Shown here in pieces: positions 36,916 to 49,208 of a stretch of DNA of 64,000 nt. Under the pieces are notes generated by a model that did not search any database, had not been told where the DNA came from, and saw only the letters and a program-made list of their open reading frames with translations. Source of the DNA: Adineta vaga (lineage: Eukaryota; Animalia; Rotifera); the NCBI GenBank assembly GCA_021613535.1, contig CP075493.1:14322001-14386000 (forward strand), in the 5' to 3' direction. Every line of letters starts with the position of its first letter. The first letter of the stretch is position 1. The position numbers were made by a program, and so were the translations under genes.

Positions 36916-38320
36916 TCAGTTCGTTTTAGTTAACATCTTAGCACGCCAACATTGATTTCCTCTTTTCATATTTTCTGCTGAGTGTCTTGATTTATTCAAT
37001 ATCAATCGACGCCAATAACTAAATCTTAGCTTCTCCATTTGATACACGCTTGGACTTTTCATTTTTTTCATTGCAATCTCTTTGAGTTTAGTACGAAGAA
37101 AGTGTTCATTGAATTCATGAGTATCATTCAGTACGATGATAGGTAGATCGAGATAAAGAGAAGAGAGTGTTGAATCATAGACAATAGGAATAACATCGAG
37201 ATAAAGTGCTTCCCATGTTCGATGACAATCAAGTCCATTACCTCGCGGAGATAGCCAATACGGATATTGACGATTACGAGTATAAATATGTAATAGATTT
37301 GAGATATTTGCACCATCTGATTTTTCTATACATGTAACAAACGTTAAATTCGAAGAAGATCGACGACACAAAGTCTGCCAAATGAGTAGTCGAAATCTTG
37401 TTGGATCAGTGAATTGTTCAAAGTTAAGAAGGAAGTTGTGGATGATAATGGCCAGCTAACACTTGATGTGTGATATCACGAGGATGTATATAGTGTTGAG
37501 GTTCATCTGGACGACTAAATACTGATGGAAGTGTATGATTTGAATACTGTTGATGTACGTATCGAATGGCACTAGCCATTTCATGACAATTGAGACCTAA
37601 ACGAATAAAACAACTTAAACGAGTATGTAATCAATGATCGTAACTATTGTTATCATGAGAATATATTATCTGTGTAGCTTTTTCTGAAGTCTCATGGTTG
37701 AATACTTCTTGTAGTGTTGCTTAAAAGTCAACAGTTCTCACAAGAGTACCTGATTCATACCGATAGATCTTACCAATGGGAATCGGAGTAAACTTATTCG
37801 ATTGTGAAGATTGAATGTCAGCATTTTGACCAAACCAATGAATAATCTTGGAATTCGTATCATGAAGAAAAGAGAGAAATCTTCCTGGTGATGATGCATC
37901 ACTTTGACCTGTAATCAAAACGAAGTTGTTAATCAAATAAGGATAAGAATCACGAAAAAAAAATGGAAGAGAATCTGTTTTCACATATATAATACTCCCA
38001 GCTGGTAGACAATATGAGATAAAATACCCATAGGTTGTAACTTCTATATCATTTGACGAAACATAAACCCAATCAGCTAAATTACGAAAATTCTGTGGAC
38101 AAACGAATTCCGAATAATGTTCAATGAAACGATGTCTATCGAATGTCAGTCGATCGTGACTGAGAGTGCTTTCATATGAACATAATTCAAAGCAAATCAA
38201 TGATTTGTATGAAAACAGAGAATAAGCTATAATTACAAACATGAATAAAATCAAAAGCAGGATTCGTCTTAATCTAAGGCGATGTTGATACCCAGCATTA
38301 ATTGTATATCGTTTAGCCAT
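36916..38320 (-). pseudogene. Exostosin/GT47-like type II membrane glycosyltransferase with one frameshift (pseudogene or assembly error)
   Basis: N-terminal TM; intron 37597-37773; SPRGNGLDCHRTWEALYLDVIPIV motif. One extra base near 37430 (CAA CTT CCT TCT TAA; removing one C gives QLLLNF). Confidence 0.75.
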
Positions 38321-40454
38321 TTCAAATCGAGTTAAATTAGATATCTTACAATAGCTATAAATACATGCAGTTGTTATGTAATACAAAACTAAAAGAAGAG
38401 ATTATTTTCAATCAGATGGTAGAATAAAGAGATTTTTCAAAGCAAGCTTCTCTTATATAACATAGTTTGCTTGATTACAAGAAATCTAACGAATTCGTAA
38501 GCGTATCTTTTTTAAGATTTAGACATGAGTATTATGCGGTATCTCTGATCGATAACGATAGTCTATAGTTCAAATGATGAACAATGTATTTTTCCTTTCA
38601 TCCATCCAAAGTACTATTCCATTCCAGAATGAAAATAAAAAACTACTTACAATCGTTCAATTAGTATGACGAGTGCTTCAATATGCTTTATCTTGTAACA
38701 GATTCTGTTTCAAATCTTCTATAGAAGTTAGCCAGTTGTCAAAGCCGCATTCTCAACATCTCTTTGATATTTTATTTGTAACGGATTGAATTTTCTTTTG
38801 ATATTGTTGATTGAACATTCAGTCGTGCTTGTTTTATGGTAATAATGAAAATAGAGTGTTACATTTTGTTACGAGCTAATTGAATCAAATTTTATTAGAC
38901 ATATGAGGGGCCCGCATGTTATGTGTATTCACTTAGCATAACGAAGAAATAAAAAGTTACTGAAGCATGAATAGACAAGCAAAGAACGCAGATAGTATTA
39001 CTTCTTTCAATTCTGTGTTTATCGACATACTATATAGTAATAGGTCATGCAGAAATAGAAAAAGAACGAAAGTAAATTGAAAAGAATATGATTTCAATAT
39101 TAATATAAGAGATATCTTGGCCTTTTAGGATATCGTTGCTATTTAATTTTAAATTCCCCACATTATATTGAATATTATATAGTGTTTTTTTGAAATATTT
39201 TGTCTCCCAATCAAAGTTCTTTTAAATTTCGGTTTCATTGAAACACTTTGAATAACACTGTTTCTAGAAAAAAGTGCACCACACGAAATTATTATTATTA
39301 TCTATCTTGAAGATGACCAAAAGAATTAATTCGAATTAAATGAATAGTTTTTTTGAGGGTATAGGTGTGAGAGTAAGAGAACTTTACTTTTCCAGGAATC
39401 TTTCACTGATCATTCGATGCTTCTTTTGGTGTGTATAATGCAGTACTTTATTGAGATATATGTTGTTGAGAGACAGCAAAAGACTTGGACAATGATGAAA
39501 CATTATTTTAAACCATTGGTTTTACGTGAATCCTATTAAATGTAATGGACGCAATGCAAAACACATTTCATATTGATCAGTAAAACATAAGTTTACAACG
39601 GTAAGTAATCTATAGGTTTTTGAATTCAACGCTCTCTCTGTTAACTTTAGACGTACAGTCCGTTGTATAGTACGAGTTTAGGACTTATCACAAAAATATA
39701 AAGCAAATAATCATGAGTCAAATAGCATATAAGGAAATTAGTTTTTATCTTGATATATAATTGCTAAGTCATTCATGAATGGAGAGCGAAACGTTGTGAG
39801 CTTAAAAGGAAACGGAAAAGGAAAGACACGATTTACTTCAAAATGATTCATAAACCATACGTCGGATAAAGAATACTTTTGTGACTTGAGAATAACAAAA
39901 AAAAAAGTTAAGTGTTATCAAATTAGATAAATCACACATGAATCAACATAACTCTTAAAGTTCAGGAAAGTAAAGGAAAATATTAGATGTTAATTATATA
40001 TTTGATTTCTAACTCATTTTTTCCGTTTTTTCTAAACTTGCAGAACTCTGACTTTTTACATATGACTTACAAAGTACATAGAACTAAAATGTAATGTTTT
40101 GTTTTTGTTTTAATAACTAAATCAGGCCACCATCGATTATTTATATATATATATATAGACAAGTTAATAATGTTATAACCAAAGACAAGCTTCTCCCCAG
40201 GTAATCATATTTTTGTATAGTTTAGCTTATGTTGAAAATGAAGTGATGTAATTAGAACCGTCAAGATGAACACCATCTTTATTTAACTATCCACTATGAA
40301 TAATTATTCGTATCGATTTGTCTAGAATCTCATTTGTTCATTCTTAATTATCTATTAAGAAAATATTTTCTACTAATTATATTCTATACATAAGTTCTTT
40401 TCTTTTCTTTTCAGTCAATATCGAAACTCTTGTAATCTTACTTTACTGATCACG

Positions 40455-40838
40455 ATGCAGATACTCTACAACAATTATTTATTATACATCCTGATATTAT
40501 TTGGTCAATTTATCCGTATCGAAGCTATTTTATCGTCTAAAGATGATAATTGCACTGTAAAACATGATGAACATTTACTGAAAGAAGGTCAACATATTGA
40601 AATAAAAAGAAAAATTTATAAAGTGGAAGAGTGTGCACTTCAACGAGCATATCATGCATGTGGAGCTTACCTTTTACATATGGTCAGTATTGTTTGTGAA
40701 GTTCTCCAAAAACAAACACGTATATATCCAAGAGGAAAACGTGATCGTAAATATTTGGAACGAAAACTGCTTACCGAAGTCTGTTGTGAAACCGTATGCA
40801 CTGTTGCAGAAATGACACGCTATTGTCCTTCAAATTAA
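40455..40838 (+). CDS. Insulin/relaxin-like peptide precursor with an N-terminal extension
   Basis: Signal peptide; B-chain CGAYLLHMVSIVC; KR/RK basic sites; A-chain CCETVCTVAEMTRYC (CC-x3-C-x8-C). Confidence 0.88.
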   Translation: MQILYNNYLLYILILFGQFIRIEAILSSKDDNCTVKHDEHLLKEGQHIEIKRKIYKVEECALQRAYHACGAYLLHMVSIVCEVLQKQTRIYPRGKRDRKYLERKLLTEVCCETVCTVAEMTRYCPSN

Positions 40839-41332
40839 AATAACAGTAAAAGAATATTATTATATTTATGTAATATCTTTCGTATTTTCTTGGCTGGAAT
40901 GAGGATCTCATAAAATAAAATACACTGCTTGCATGTTTATATTCAGTTTGCAAATCAAAATACATCTTCTGGACAATCTTTATACTTATATCATCTCGTA
41001 TTAGGGTGTGGGTGTGAGGAATGATGAAAGAAGGAAAACCAGACCCTTATTCTCACCACCATTCAAAGAAGAGATGATTGTTATTCGACGAAAAATTTAA
41101 GATATCGCTATTTTAATAGAGTCACACATATAACTTTACATTGCAACTAGGTAGAAACATCACTTTTATTTATCTGCTGTCATCATGCGTTATCATATGT
41201 TGGGAAAAATTGCGTCTTTATGATAAATAAATCGCATTAAAAATAAAATTGTGCTGTTATATACTTTTTATACATGATAACTAGATAACACATTGGCAGT
41301 GCAGGTAAGATTTATATGAGTTTGTTTATTAG

Positions 41333-41866
41333 CACTGCTATATCTATTCGGAGAATCTCGTTCCATTCTATCGGTATGTTCATCCAAACACTCATCCTCA
41401 TTTTTACACTGTGCATGCTGATGAAATTGGTACAATTACACCGGGAGCGATTGGTCGACACGGCTACCGATTTGAATATATTGCTTGCAATGTGTTTCAT
41501 CCACTTGATACTTAACCTCCTAATACAATTCCACTCTATCGATATGTACATACAAGGAGTGGACAACATTTTTATACGAACAGCTGGCAAGAAATTGGCA
41601 CATATGTTACTGGTGTAACCATCGGATCCTGGCGTGCTGAGGGCGTTGCAGCTTACATCTACTCTTTGAAAAATCAAATAGTGGGTTCGCACCCATTTTA
41701 CCGCTACAGTCATCAAACAGGCTTTGATCATTTTTACACAACGAACGTGTGTGAAATAGGAACAGTGATTCCAAACTTGATCGGAAAAGGTGGATATGAA
41801 TATGAAGGAATCGTTGGTTATGTAATGCCTTCAGCTGATTTTTCACCACATCCATTTGTCTGCTAG
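41333..41866 (+). pseudogene. Three-repeat HFYT (DUF5648-like) protein exon with one in-frame stop
   Basis: PFYRYVH..HFYTVHADEIG..GYRFE / PLYRYVH..HFYTNSWQEIG..WRAEG / PFYRYSH..HFYTTNVCEIG..GYEYEG lie in one frame. TAA at 41513-41515; AG acceptor at 41331-41332; first exon not identified. Confidence 0.75.
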
Positions 41867-42835
41867 TTATTACGATATAACTTGTCGGGGATTGTACAAT
41901 GAGATTTTAAAAAAAGTGTTTTGTCTATTTTGATTTCATTAATTAAACACGACGAAAGTTATAATAAACGAATATTTTTCGACAAAAGAGGATCAGTGTA
42001 AAGTCAGAAAGATATGTTGTTAAGCTGAAAAATCAAAGGTTGAAGGATAGTTTTCAAAAAGAGCTGATATCAATTTTTCGTCGCTTTTTGATTTCGTGGC
42101 ATTATGCTTCGAGATCTATTGAAAACTTCAGTTGAATAGCAGTGGATGATCATATTATGTTTCTTTAACTTAATTTGAGAACTCTCATACATCTCACAAA
42201 TATTTCGAAAATTCAAGCTATATGAATTATTGTTGTTTCCGAAATAAAATATTAGAAGAAATAATAAATTTAGAACGAATCTTCAATGAAATACAGCCAT
42301 CAATTTTACGTCATTACTTGCAATATGTAGCTGATAATTAAAAATGCTTACGCTGAGCGAAGAACAAATTGTTCGAGAAGATAGTGACAGTGATTGTAGA
42401 TGTTTCTGCTGAATAAAAATAATTTTGTGATTGAACACATAATTGGGAAATCATCAATGCAATAGTACTGAATCAACAAACAGAATACAAAGTTTTGAGA
42501 GAATCCTCTTGTAGATGAGAAACCGCTTTCATCAAGTACTCAGTATATATATAAGTATCAAAAGATAGAGAAAACAAGTAAATGAACATATATTCTGCCA
42601 ACTAGTGACAGCTACTGATGATTTTTTCTTATTATCACGCGTGTATATTTGCATGAGTTCACACGAATAAACTAAAGCCAATAAGATATATCCTATATAT
42701 ATTTATAGATGTCTAACAGAAAGGAAAAAGTAAAACGAATTTATTAATGTGATTGGTCTATTTAGATTTACAAGACATTTTAGCCGTTAATTTTAAAAAT
42801 CGTTACAATTATATTAAAGTTATTCTAATTTTCAG

Positions 42836-44594
42836 ATACAAGAAAAACATGACAAAAAACATACATTGTGATCGTTTACACAAGAATAGAGCTGGTGATA
42901 TCGAGAAAGTTCCACCTGTAAATGGTGGTGGTATTCGTATTTGTATTTGGAATCATGTTACTATGGATTTTCATGAAATACACGAAGATCTTCGTACTAA
43001 ATATTCCATACGTAAGTTTGTATTGATCTGAATTTAATACTCTTATAATTTATTCTAGCTTCGCAACAAAAGTCCGTATTGTATGATATCGAATGGAAAG
43101 AATTAGATAGAAATCGATATCATACATTCACCGAATACATCAATAAAAATGGGTTTATGTTTAAAGGTACTCTATTGTATCTATTCACTTGTGAAGGTAA
43201 AATAAAATTTTCTTCTAATTTTAAATATGAATCGATGTTTTAGATGATAATATCATTAGTTCTATGAATGACAACACTCATGAGAATGAAAAGAAATTGG
43301 CCATGTCACAAACGAAAGATAATTCAATTCATACAGCGAAAACGTAATAAAAAAGAAGACATTATCTTTAATTTTTATGCTTAGATTTTCTTTTCATTTT
43401 TTGAATAATATTAGCCTGTATGAAAATCTTCAAAAATTATTATCAAATTCTGATTATTCGTCATTTTCATTTGAAAAATTTCTCAAATATCTAATCGATT
43501 ATCTCACCCAATTGATCAGTGAGGATGATCAAATGATTATCTTTGTTCAGATATTCGAGTTAATTTCAAAAATCCAATGTTTGGCATCAACAACTCTTGA
43601 TCAAATGAAAAAACAAGCTCGTTTACCATATGAACATCAACATACACTAGATAAAATAAAAATCTTATGTCAATCGACGGAAAAAATAATGGAATTGAAT
43701 AAAATGAAGATTTTATCCAATAGCCAATATTCGATTGTAAAACATTCATTTGATCAATTCAATCAATATTTCCAAAGAGTATGAGAATAAATTAGATGTT
43801 ATCATCTCTGTTTCACATTTTTTGAATCGAATTATGATGAAAAAGATTAAATTATTTCTATAGATTCTGTTTGATCAATGGAAAAATCATGGTAAAAAAA
43901 GTCGAGCAAGTTTATCTTCATCTGCAAAGGATAATTCAATTGATTCCGTGAGAACAACTTCAGACAAAAAAGCACAATTAGGATCAGCATTTGATAAAGT
44001 AAGTTTGAGATCAATTGAAAAGTGATTTTGTTTTTATCGATTGATTAATTAATTTAGATGTACAAATCATTCGATCGTTTATTGCCTGAATTAGGTCGTC
44101 GAAAATGGACGAATTTTTATGGTTTTATTCAATCAATGACTTTTGAAATCTGGTCATATCAAGAAAATGTTCAAGTCGATGACTATCAATCTCTATTTAT
44201 GGCAAAAGAGATTATCTTAACAAAATGAACACAAGTTTTGAATCGAATGAACGATGAATGTACACCTCCAAAATCATCTTTGAATCGAAAACTACTAAAT
44301 TTATTCGACGAAAATTTGGATGAAATTGAGCAACTGCTCAAGACTCTTGACCATTATCAAACGCAAACAAGACAAATTCAATCTTTGGAAACATCAAACT
44401 GTTCAACACCTGCATCAGTACATGATCATCAGCAAGAATTTATTAAACATAAACCGATGGTTAACTCAAAACGAAAAGTTATCGACGTGGACGAAGACGC
44501 AAGTTCGGAAGCATCTCAATCTTCCGTTGACGATGACACTTTATCGAAAATAGCAAAAGATGCTTGTAAACAAGGACTCCATTGTTTTAAGTGA
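42836..44594 (+). pseudogene. Multi-exon gene of unknown function with a single in-frame TGA
   Basis: GT-AG introns at about 43012-43058, 43197-43243, 43344-43414, 43780-43863 and 43999-44057 keep one frame. TGA at 44226-44228 is followed by about 120 more in-frame codons. Start uncertain. Confidence 0.6.
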
Positions 44595-44664
44595 ACTTTG
44601 GTGATGTTTGTTATGTTCGATATGATCGTTTTTCTTGGTTCATATCATAAATAAAGGTTTCATA

Positions 44665-45327
44665 TTACTGATATGACTCTATTGAAGTTGTGATCTCTGG
44701 CTGACGCAGAATCTTGATGATCAGAGAGAACATATAAGACTTCATATTAACTTCGATATGTGGTCCACATAAGACGACACGTCCTAAGCCAAAAGAACCA
44801 GCAACGATGGTGGCTTTGTTAACAAGAAAATCATGAAACTTTGGATTTGAACTGTTTGTATCAATAATTGTTGCCAATATCGTCACATTATTTGAAAACT
44901 GATCTAGATCGTAGACAGCGCCATTATGATAATTTGTTGTATATATTTCATTTGTTCTAGCATCATTGAGTGTTACATTAGCCCGAATATTTGCTCCACG
45001 TCCGTAGAGTGAATATCGAACTGGAAGTAAATCAATACCGATATTTTTTGTGCCACTAATATCATTCATTGAGCCGAGATATGCACCAGCACAAAGTCCT
45101 AAATAACCACCACCGTTTGCAACAAAATAACGAATGGAAGCGATACCCTGTTCATTCAGGAGATTTTGATATAGTATTGCTGTTCCGCCTGGAACTATCA
45201 AAACATCGTAATCATTGGTGAGTTGCTTGATGTCAGCAGAAATAACGTAAGAAACATTTTTATCTTTGAAGATACTTACAAGATGAATCGCATTTGTCTT
45301 GTTTGTTGTAAAGATAAAAGCGCGCAT
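44665..45327 (-). CDS. Stand-alone BPL_N / class I glutamine-amidotransferase-like protein
   Basis: Intronless; DVLIVPGG, GGGYLGLCAGAY (nucleophile-elbow Cys) and GRVVLCGPHIE (His-x-Glu). Confidence 0.82.
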   Translation of the reverse strand: MRAFIFTTNKTNAIHLVSIFKDKNVSYVISADIKQLTNDYDVLIVPGGTAILYQNLLNEQGIASIRYFVANGGGYLGLCAGAYLGSMNDISGTKNIGIDLLPVRYSLYGRGANIRANVTLNDARTNEIYTTNYHNGAVYDLDQFSNNVTILATIIDTNSSNPKFHDFLVNKATIVAGSFGLGRVVLCGPHIEVNMKSYMFSLIIKILRQPEITTSIESYQ

Positions 45328-45622
45328 TGATCATATATCTATAACAACAAGTTGGTAGAAATAAATGAAAATGTTAATTTCTTTCAAAGCGCTTGTTTAT
45401 CAGATATTTATTAACTTCAACTATTTCATTAATTATTAGTCACTATTATAAAATAATAGTTCTGTTTTGTTGGAAGAAAAGCCAGTAAGTATCATGTTAC
45501 ATTTTATTCAAAATGAAAAAATGAAGAAGGTGCCATGTGCGTTTGTAACTCATGCAAATAGAAAGAGGGAGAAAAGAAAAAAAAGGCTGCAGTAGATATG
45601 AATCATGGTAATTTCACAATCG

Positions 45623-48175
45623 TTAGCACTTCTTTTTTACACGTGCCAGATTGTCTTTATATGGTTGAAGATCACAGCGTTCTGGAAACAACGAATGTTC
45701 AGCGTTTCGTAGAGCACGTTCAAAGAATAAGCGTGCTTTCAGATAATCACGCATATTCTCATAGACAGCAGCAATATTGCTGTAAGAGCTACCTATATCA
45801 GGATGATTGTTCGGAAGTGATTGTTGACGAATAGCTAAGGCTTTTTCGTGAAATTCAAGCGCTTTATCATTCTTGCCCATACTACAATACACGTTACCAA
45901 TATTGTTGTAAGCAGAAGCTAAATCAGGATGATTGGGCATAAGTGCTCGCTCACTGATGTTAAGAGCTTTTTGATAATATGATAATGCTTTCTTAGGGTC
46001 ATCCATACTACGATACACGTTACCGATATAATTGTAACAAGAAGCAAAATCTGGATGATCAGGTTCGAGTGATCGTTCATAAATTTTCAAAGCCTTTTCA
46101 TGATATGAAAGTGATTTCGTATACTCGCCCATTCTTCGATATACACTACCAATATTGTTGTAGGACTTAGCTAGATCAGGATGATTGAATGATAATGACT
46201 GCTTGCAAATACGAAGATCTTTCTCATAATAGGAAAGTGCCTTTTCGAAATTACCCATGCTTTGGTAAACGCTACCAATGTTGTTGTAAGACGACGCCAA
46301 ATCTGGATGATTGGGAGGTAACGATTGTTGACTAATTGCAAAATCTCTCTCATAATAGGAAAGTGCTTTGTCGAAATTGCCCATACTTTGGTATACACTA
46401 CCGATATTATTGTAAGACGAGGCCAAATCAGGATGATTGGATGGAAGTGCTTCCTCACTAATTTCTAAAGCTTTTTCATGAAATGAAAGAGCTTTCGTAT
46501 AATCACTCATGTTATAATACGCCAAACCGATGTTATTATATGTTTTGGCCAAATCAGGATGATATGCATTAACTGATTGTTTTAGAATTCGAAGAGCATC
46601 TTGGTGATTTTTAAGGGCATTTGAGTAATTACCCATACGAAGATATGCACTACCCATTCGATTATATACATTAGCTAGATTAATAGGTTCAGATGAAGAT
46701 GTTTGTTGATAGATAGTAAGCACTTTTGTACAGAATGTGATTGTCTCTTGGTATTTTCCTTGACTATACTTGGCCAAACTGAGTCGCTCATAGATGGGCG
46801 CTCTTTCACTATCGTCTGTTGTTTGACGTAAGAGAGTTTGATAGATTTCTTCAGCTGTATTCGCTTGACCCATTCTTAGTAGCAGTGCACCTAGTCTAGA
46901 CCATGCTTCTTGACCAGGATAACTTTCCTGGCGCATGTGGCAACTCAATTCAAATAATTCTGGATCATTGTCACTCGTAAGTGCCAGGTGAACTTCATAT
47001 AGACGATTGTTGTCAGACATTTGTTTAATGTTATTGATACGAAAGATTGTATGCATAGAAAATAAGATTTCGTTTTCATCCTCATGTGCGCTAACATTGG
47101 TAATAGATGCAAAAGGCGTAGTTGATCGTACAGGATCTATTTGCATAACAAAAAGAATTCCTATGCAGTCAGGATTCGAGATAGCGTCCTCTGCAAAAGT
47201 AAGTGCAGTTAATCGATCGGTACTAGTGGATAAAAAATTATTGAATGAAATTAGACCGTCCTTGCTTTGTTGCATTTGTTCGAAATCATCTGACGAGAAT
47301 CCTTGTCCACGATAGACGGTAAAAGATGTTTTCGAAGATTTATAAACGAACTGTTCCATATACAACTGCTCGATATGTTGATGAAGGTCTTTGATAAAGA
47401 AACCCATCTTTATAATGATGTCTCCATCCATCAATTGCAAAGCTTTGTTAAGCATAGGATATAAAAAACACTGGTATGTGTACCACCATATAGCTTTTTC
47501 TTTTCGATAAGTTTGTTCCAGTCGTTTAACACGTGCAGTTTCTTCCTCATTTGGTGAGAAAACTTCTCGACAGTAGTTGATATATTGTTGTCGATGAGTA
47601 GAATCGAATTCAATAGTAAGAATAATTTCTTTGAAAATTTGTGTATACATAAAAGTAGGATTCAATTGATCTATACGTCTATCAGCTGCCACAAAACTAA
47701 TAGGCATAGCATTCTGTTCGACTTGGCGAACTATTTGTTTGACGATCTCACAGATTCGTGATATCTCTGCATAAACACCCTTAATTTTTGGCCACGTTTT
47801 AATCCAGTGTTCATGTCGATATGGATCATTAGAAAAGATAAAAATTGAATCCACTTGAGACATATCGTGTACTTGAGGCACGACGTGTTGACAAAGCGAA
47901 CTGGATATAACCATGCATGCTTTGTTCTTATCAATGGTATGAAGAAATTCGATGCACGAATCACTTGTTGTAAATGGTTCAACATTGTTTATCACATGTT
48001 TTATTTGTGTCATGATATTTCCATACTCTTCATTTTTCTCATCAGCATTACTATCCAACCAGATAAGAAGAGTATTTTGTGACTTTCGAATATTAGTTCG
48101 TTGACGAGAAGCAGCAACAGCAGCAGCATTCGTTGTACTAGAAGGATTGTTTTCTACAACATTAGTTTTGCTCAT
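45623..48175 (-). CDS. ART-TPR protein (R-S-E class), paralog of 300..3104
   Basis: ATG at 48175; LLIWLD N-terminal domain; VYRGQG, FLSTS and EDENEILF; about 9-10 TPR repeats (HPDLASSYNNIG). Confidence 0.88.
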   Translation of the reverse strand: MSKTNVVENNPSSTTNAAAVAASRQRTNIRKSQNTLLIWLDSNADEKNEEYGNIMTQIKHVINNVEPFTTSDSCIEFLHTIDKNKACMVISSSLCQHVVPQVHDMSQVDSIFIFSNDPYRHEHWIKTWPKIKGVYAEISRICEIVKQIVRQVEQNAMPISFVAADRRIDQLNPTFMYTQIFKEIILTIEFDSTHRQQYINYCREVFSPNEEETARVKRLEQTYRKEKAIWWYTYQCFLYPMLNKALQLMDGDIIIKMGFFIKDLHQHIEQLYMEQFVYKSSKTSFTVYRGQGFSSDDFEQMQQSKDGLISFNNFLSTSTDRLTALTFAEDAISNPDCIGILFVMQIDPVRSTTPFASITNVSAHEDENEILFSMHTIFRINNIKQMSDNNRLYEVHLALTSDNDPELFELSCHMRQESYPGQEAWSRLGALLLRMGQANTAEEIYQTLLRQTTDDSERAPIYERLSLAKYSQGKYQETITFCTKVLTIYQQTSSSEPINLANVYNRMGSAYLRMGNYSNALKNHQDALRILKQSVNAYHPDLAKTYNNIGLAYYNMSDYTKALSFHEKALEISEEALPSNHPDLASSYNNIGSVYQSMGNFDKALSYYERDFAISQQSLPPNHPDLASSYNNIGSVYQSMGNFEKALSYYEKDLRICKQSLSFNHPDLAKSYNNIGSVYRRMGEYTKSLSYHEKALKIYERSLEPDHPDFASCYNYIGNVYRSMDDPKKALSYYQKALNISERALMPNHPDLASAYNNIGNVYCSMGKNDKALEFHEKALAIRQQSLPNNHPDIGSSYSNIAAVYENMRDYLKARLFFERALRNAEHSLFPERCDLQPYKDNLARVKKKC

Positions 48176-49208
48176 TGTACTTTGTATGAATAAATGCAAC
48201 TAAAATCTCCTCGATTAAGCTAACAGTAAAAGAATGATCAAAAAAGCCTGACTTACGAGTACTTACTCTCTCTCTTTCTCTCTTTCTCTTTCCATTTAAA
48301 TAAATTCTCTCTTGTGTTATTGTTAAAACACGCAGTTTTGTTTCACTTTCTGTTGTATTACTTGAGAAAAAACAACAACATAAGACCTTCAACAATAGAA
48401 CAAATCGGCAATACTTTTCTGTGATCGGTGAATTTTTAGACTATTTGAGAATGTGGATGAGGTGAGAGTATGGTATGATTGATGGAGAAAAAGATATTCA
48501 CGCACTCTATCGTTATCTATATGCATAACAAATCTACCGCAAATGACACCATTATATATTTATCTGATCAACCAAAAAAGCTCTCAAGAATGTTGCTATT
48601 TCAATCATCTCATTTTCACACACATCCTCAGATGAATGTATATAAATTAATTGATTTCTAACGTTCACTACTTAAAAATATAATGCAACGACAATAATCA
48701 TCTATCCGTAATAACATCGAAACAATAGGTTACATCTCAGTGGAAATGATGTTTTATTTCTATAAAAGCTTTTCAGAGTATATTGTTAAAAGATTATAAT
48801 GTTCAAATTAGTTTTCTATTCAAAGTAAATTCTCATTATTGTATTATTTGTCTTTTTGGAGATTGATAAGTGAATCAAGTTTTTTTAGTTTGAGAGAGAG
48901 TATGTCAGTACGAAATATGCCATTCCATTTTGAGTGTATGTCCAATGAGAATATATTTTCAATTGTATAGAATATAAAGATACCAGTTTTTCGTCGATAG
49001 AAATATATTTTGTAATACAAATAGGACATTATATTCTTTGCTTGACTCGAGCAGTAATTTTCCAGATTTTAATGTATCACTATGAGAAACATGCTCTTTT
49101 ATGTTAAAAGGTATAAAGAGAGAGAAAAATGCATTCAATTGTATTTCATTTCATACTCTTGTGTTCTACATTTTACCAAGTTTTTAGAGAATCGTAACTC
49201 AGAAAAAA

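Noticed and set aside
41312-41855. ORFs 41316..41618 (+), 41312..41731 (-) and 41607..41855 (-)
   Set aside because: They overlap the real HFYT-repeat frame and have no recognisable features.
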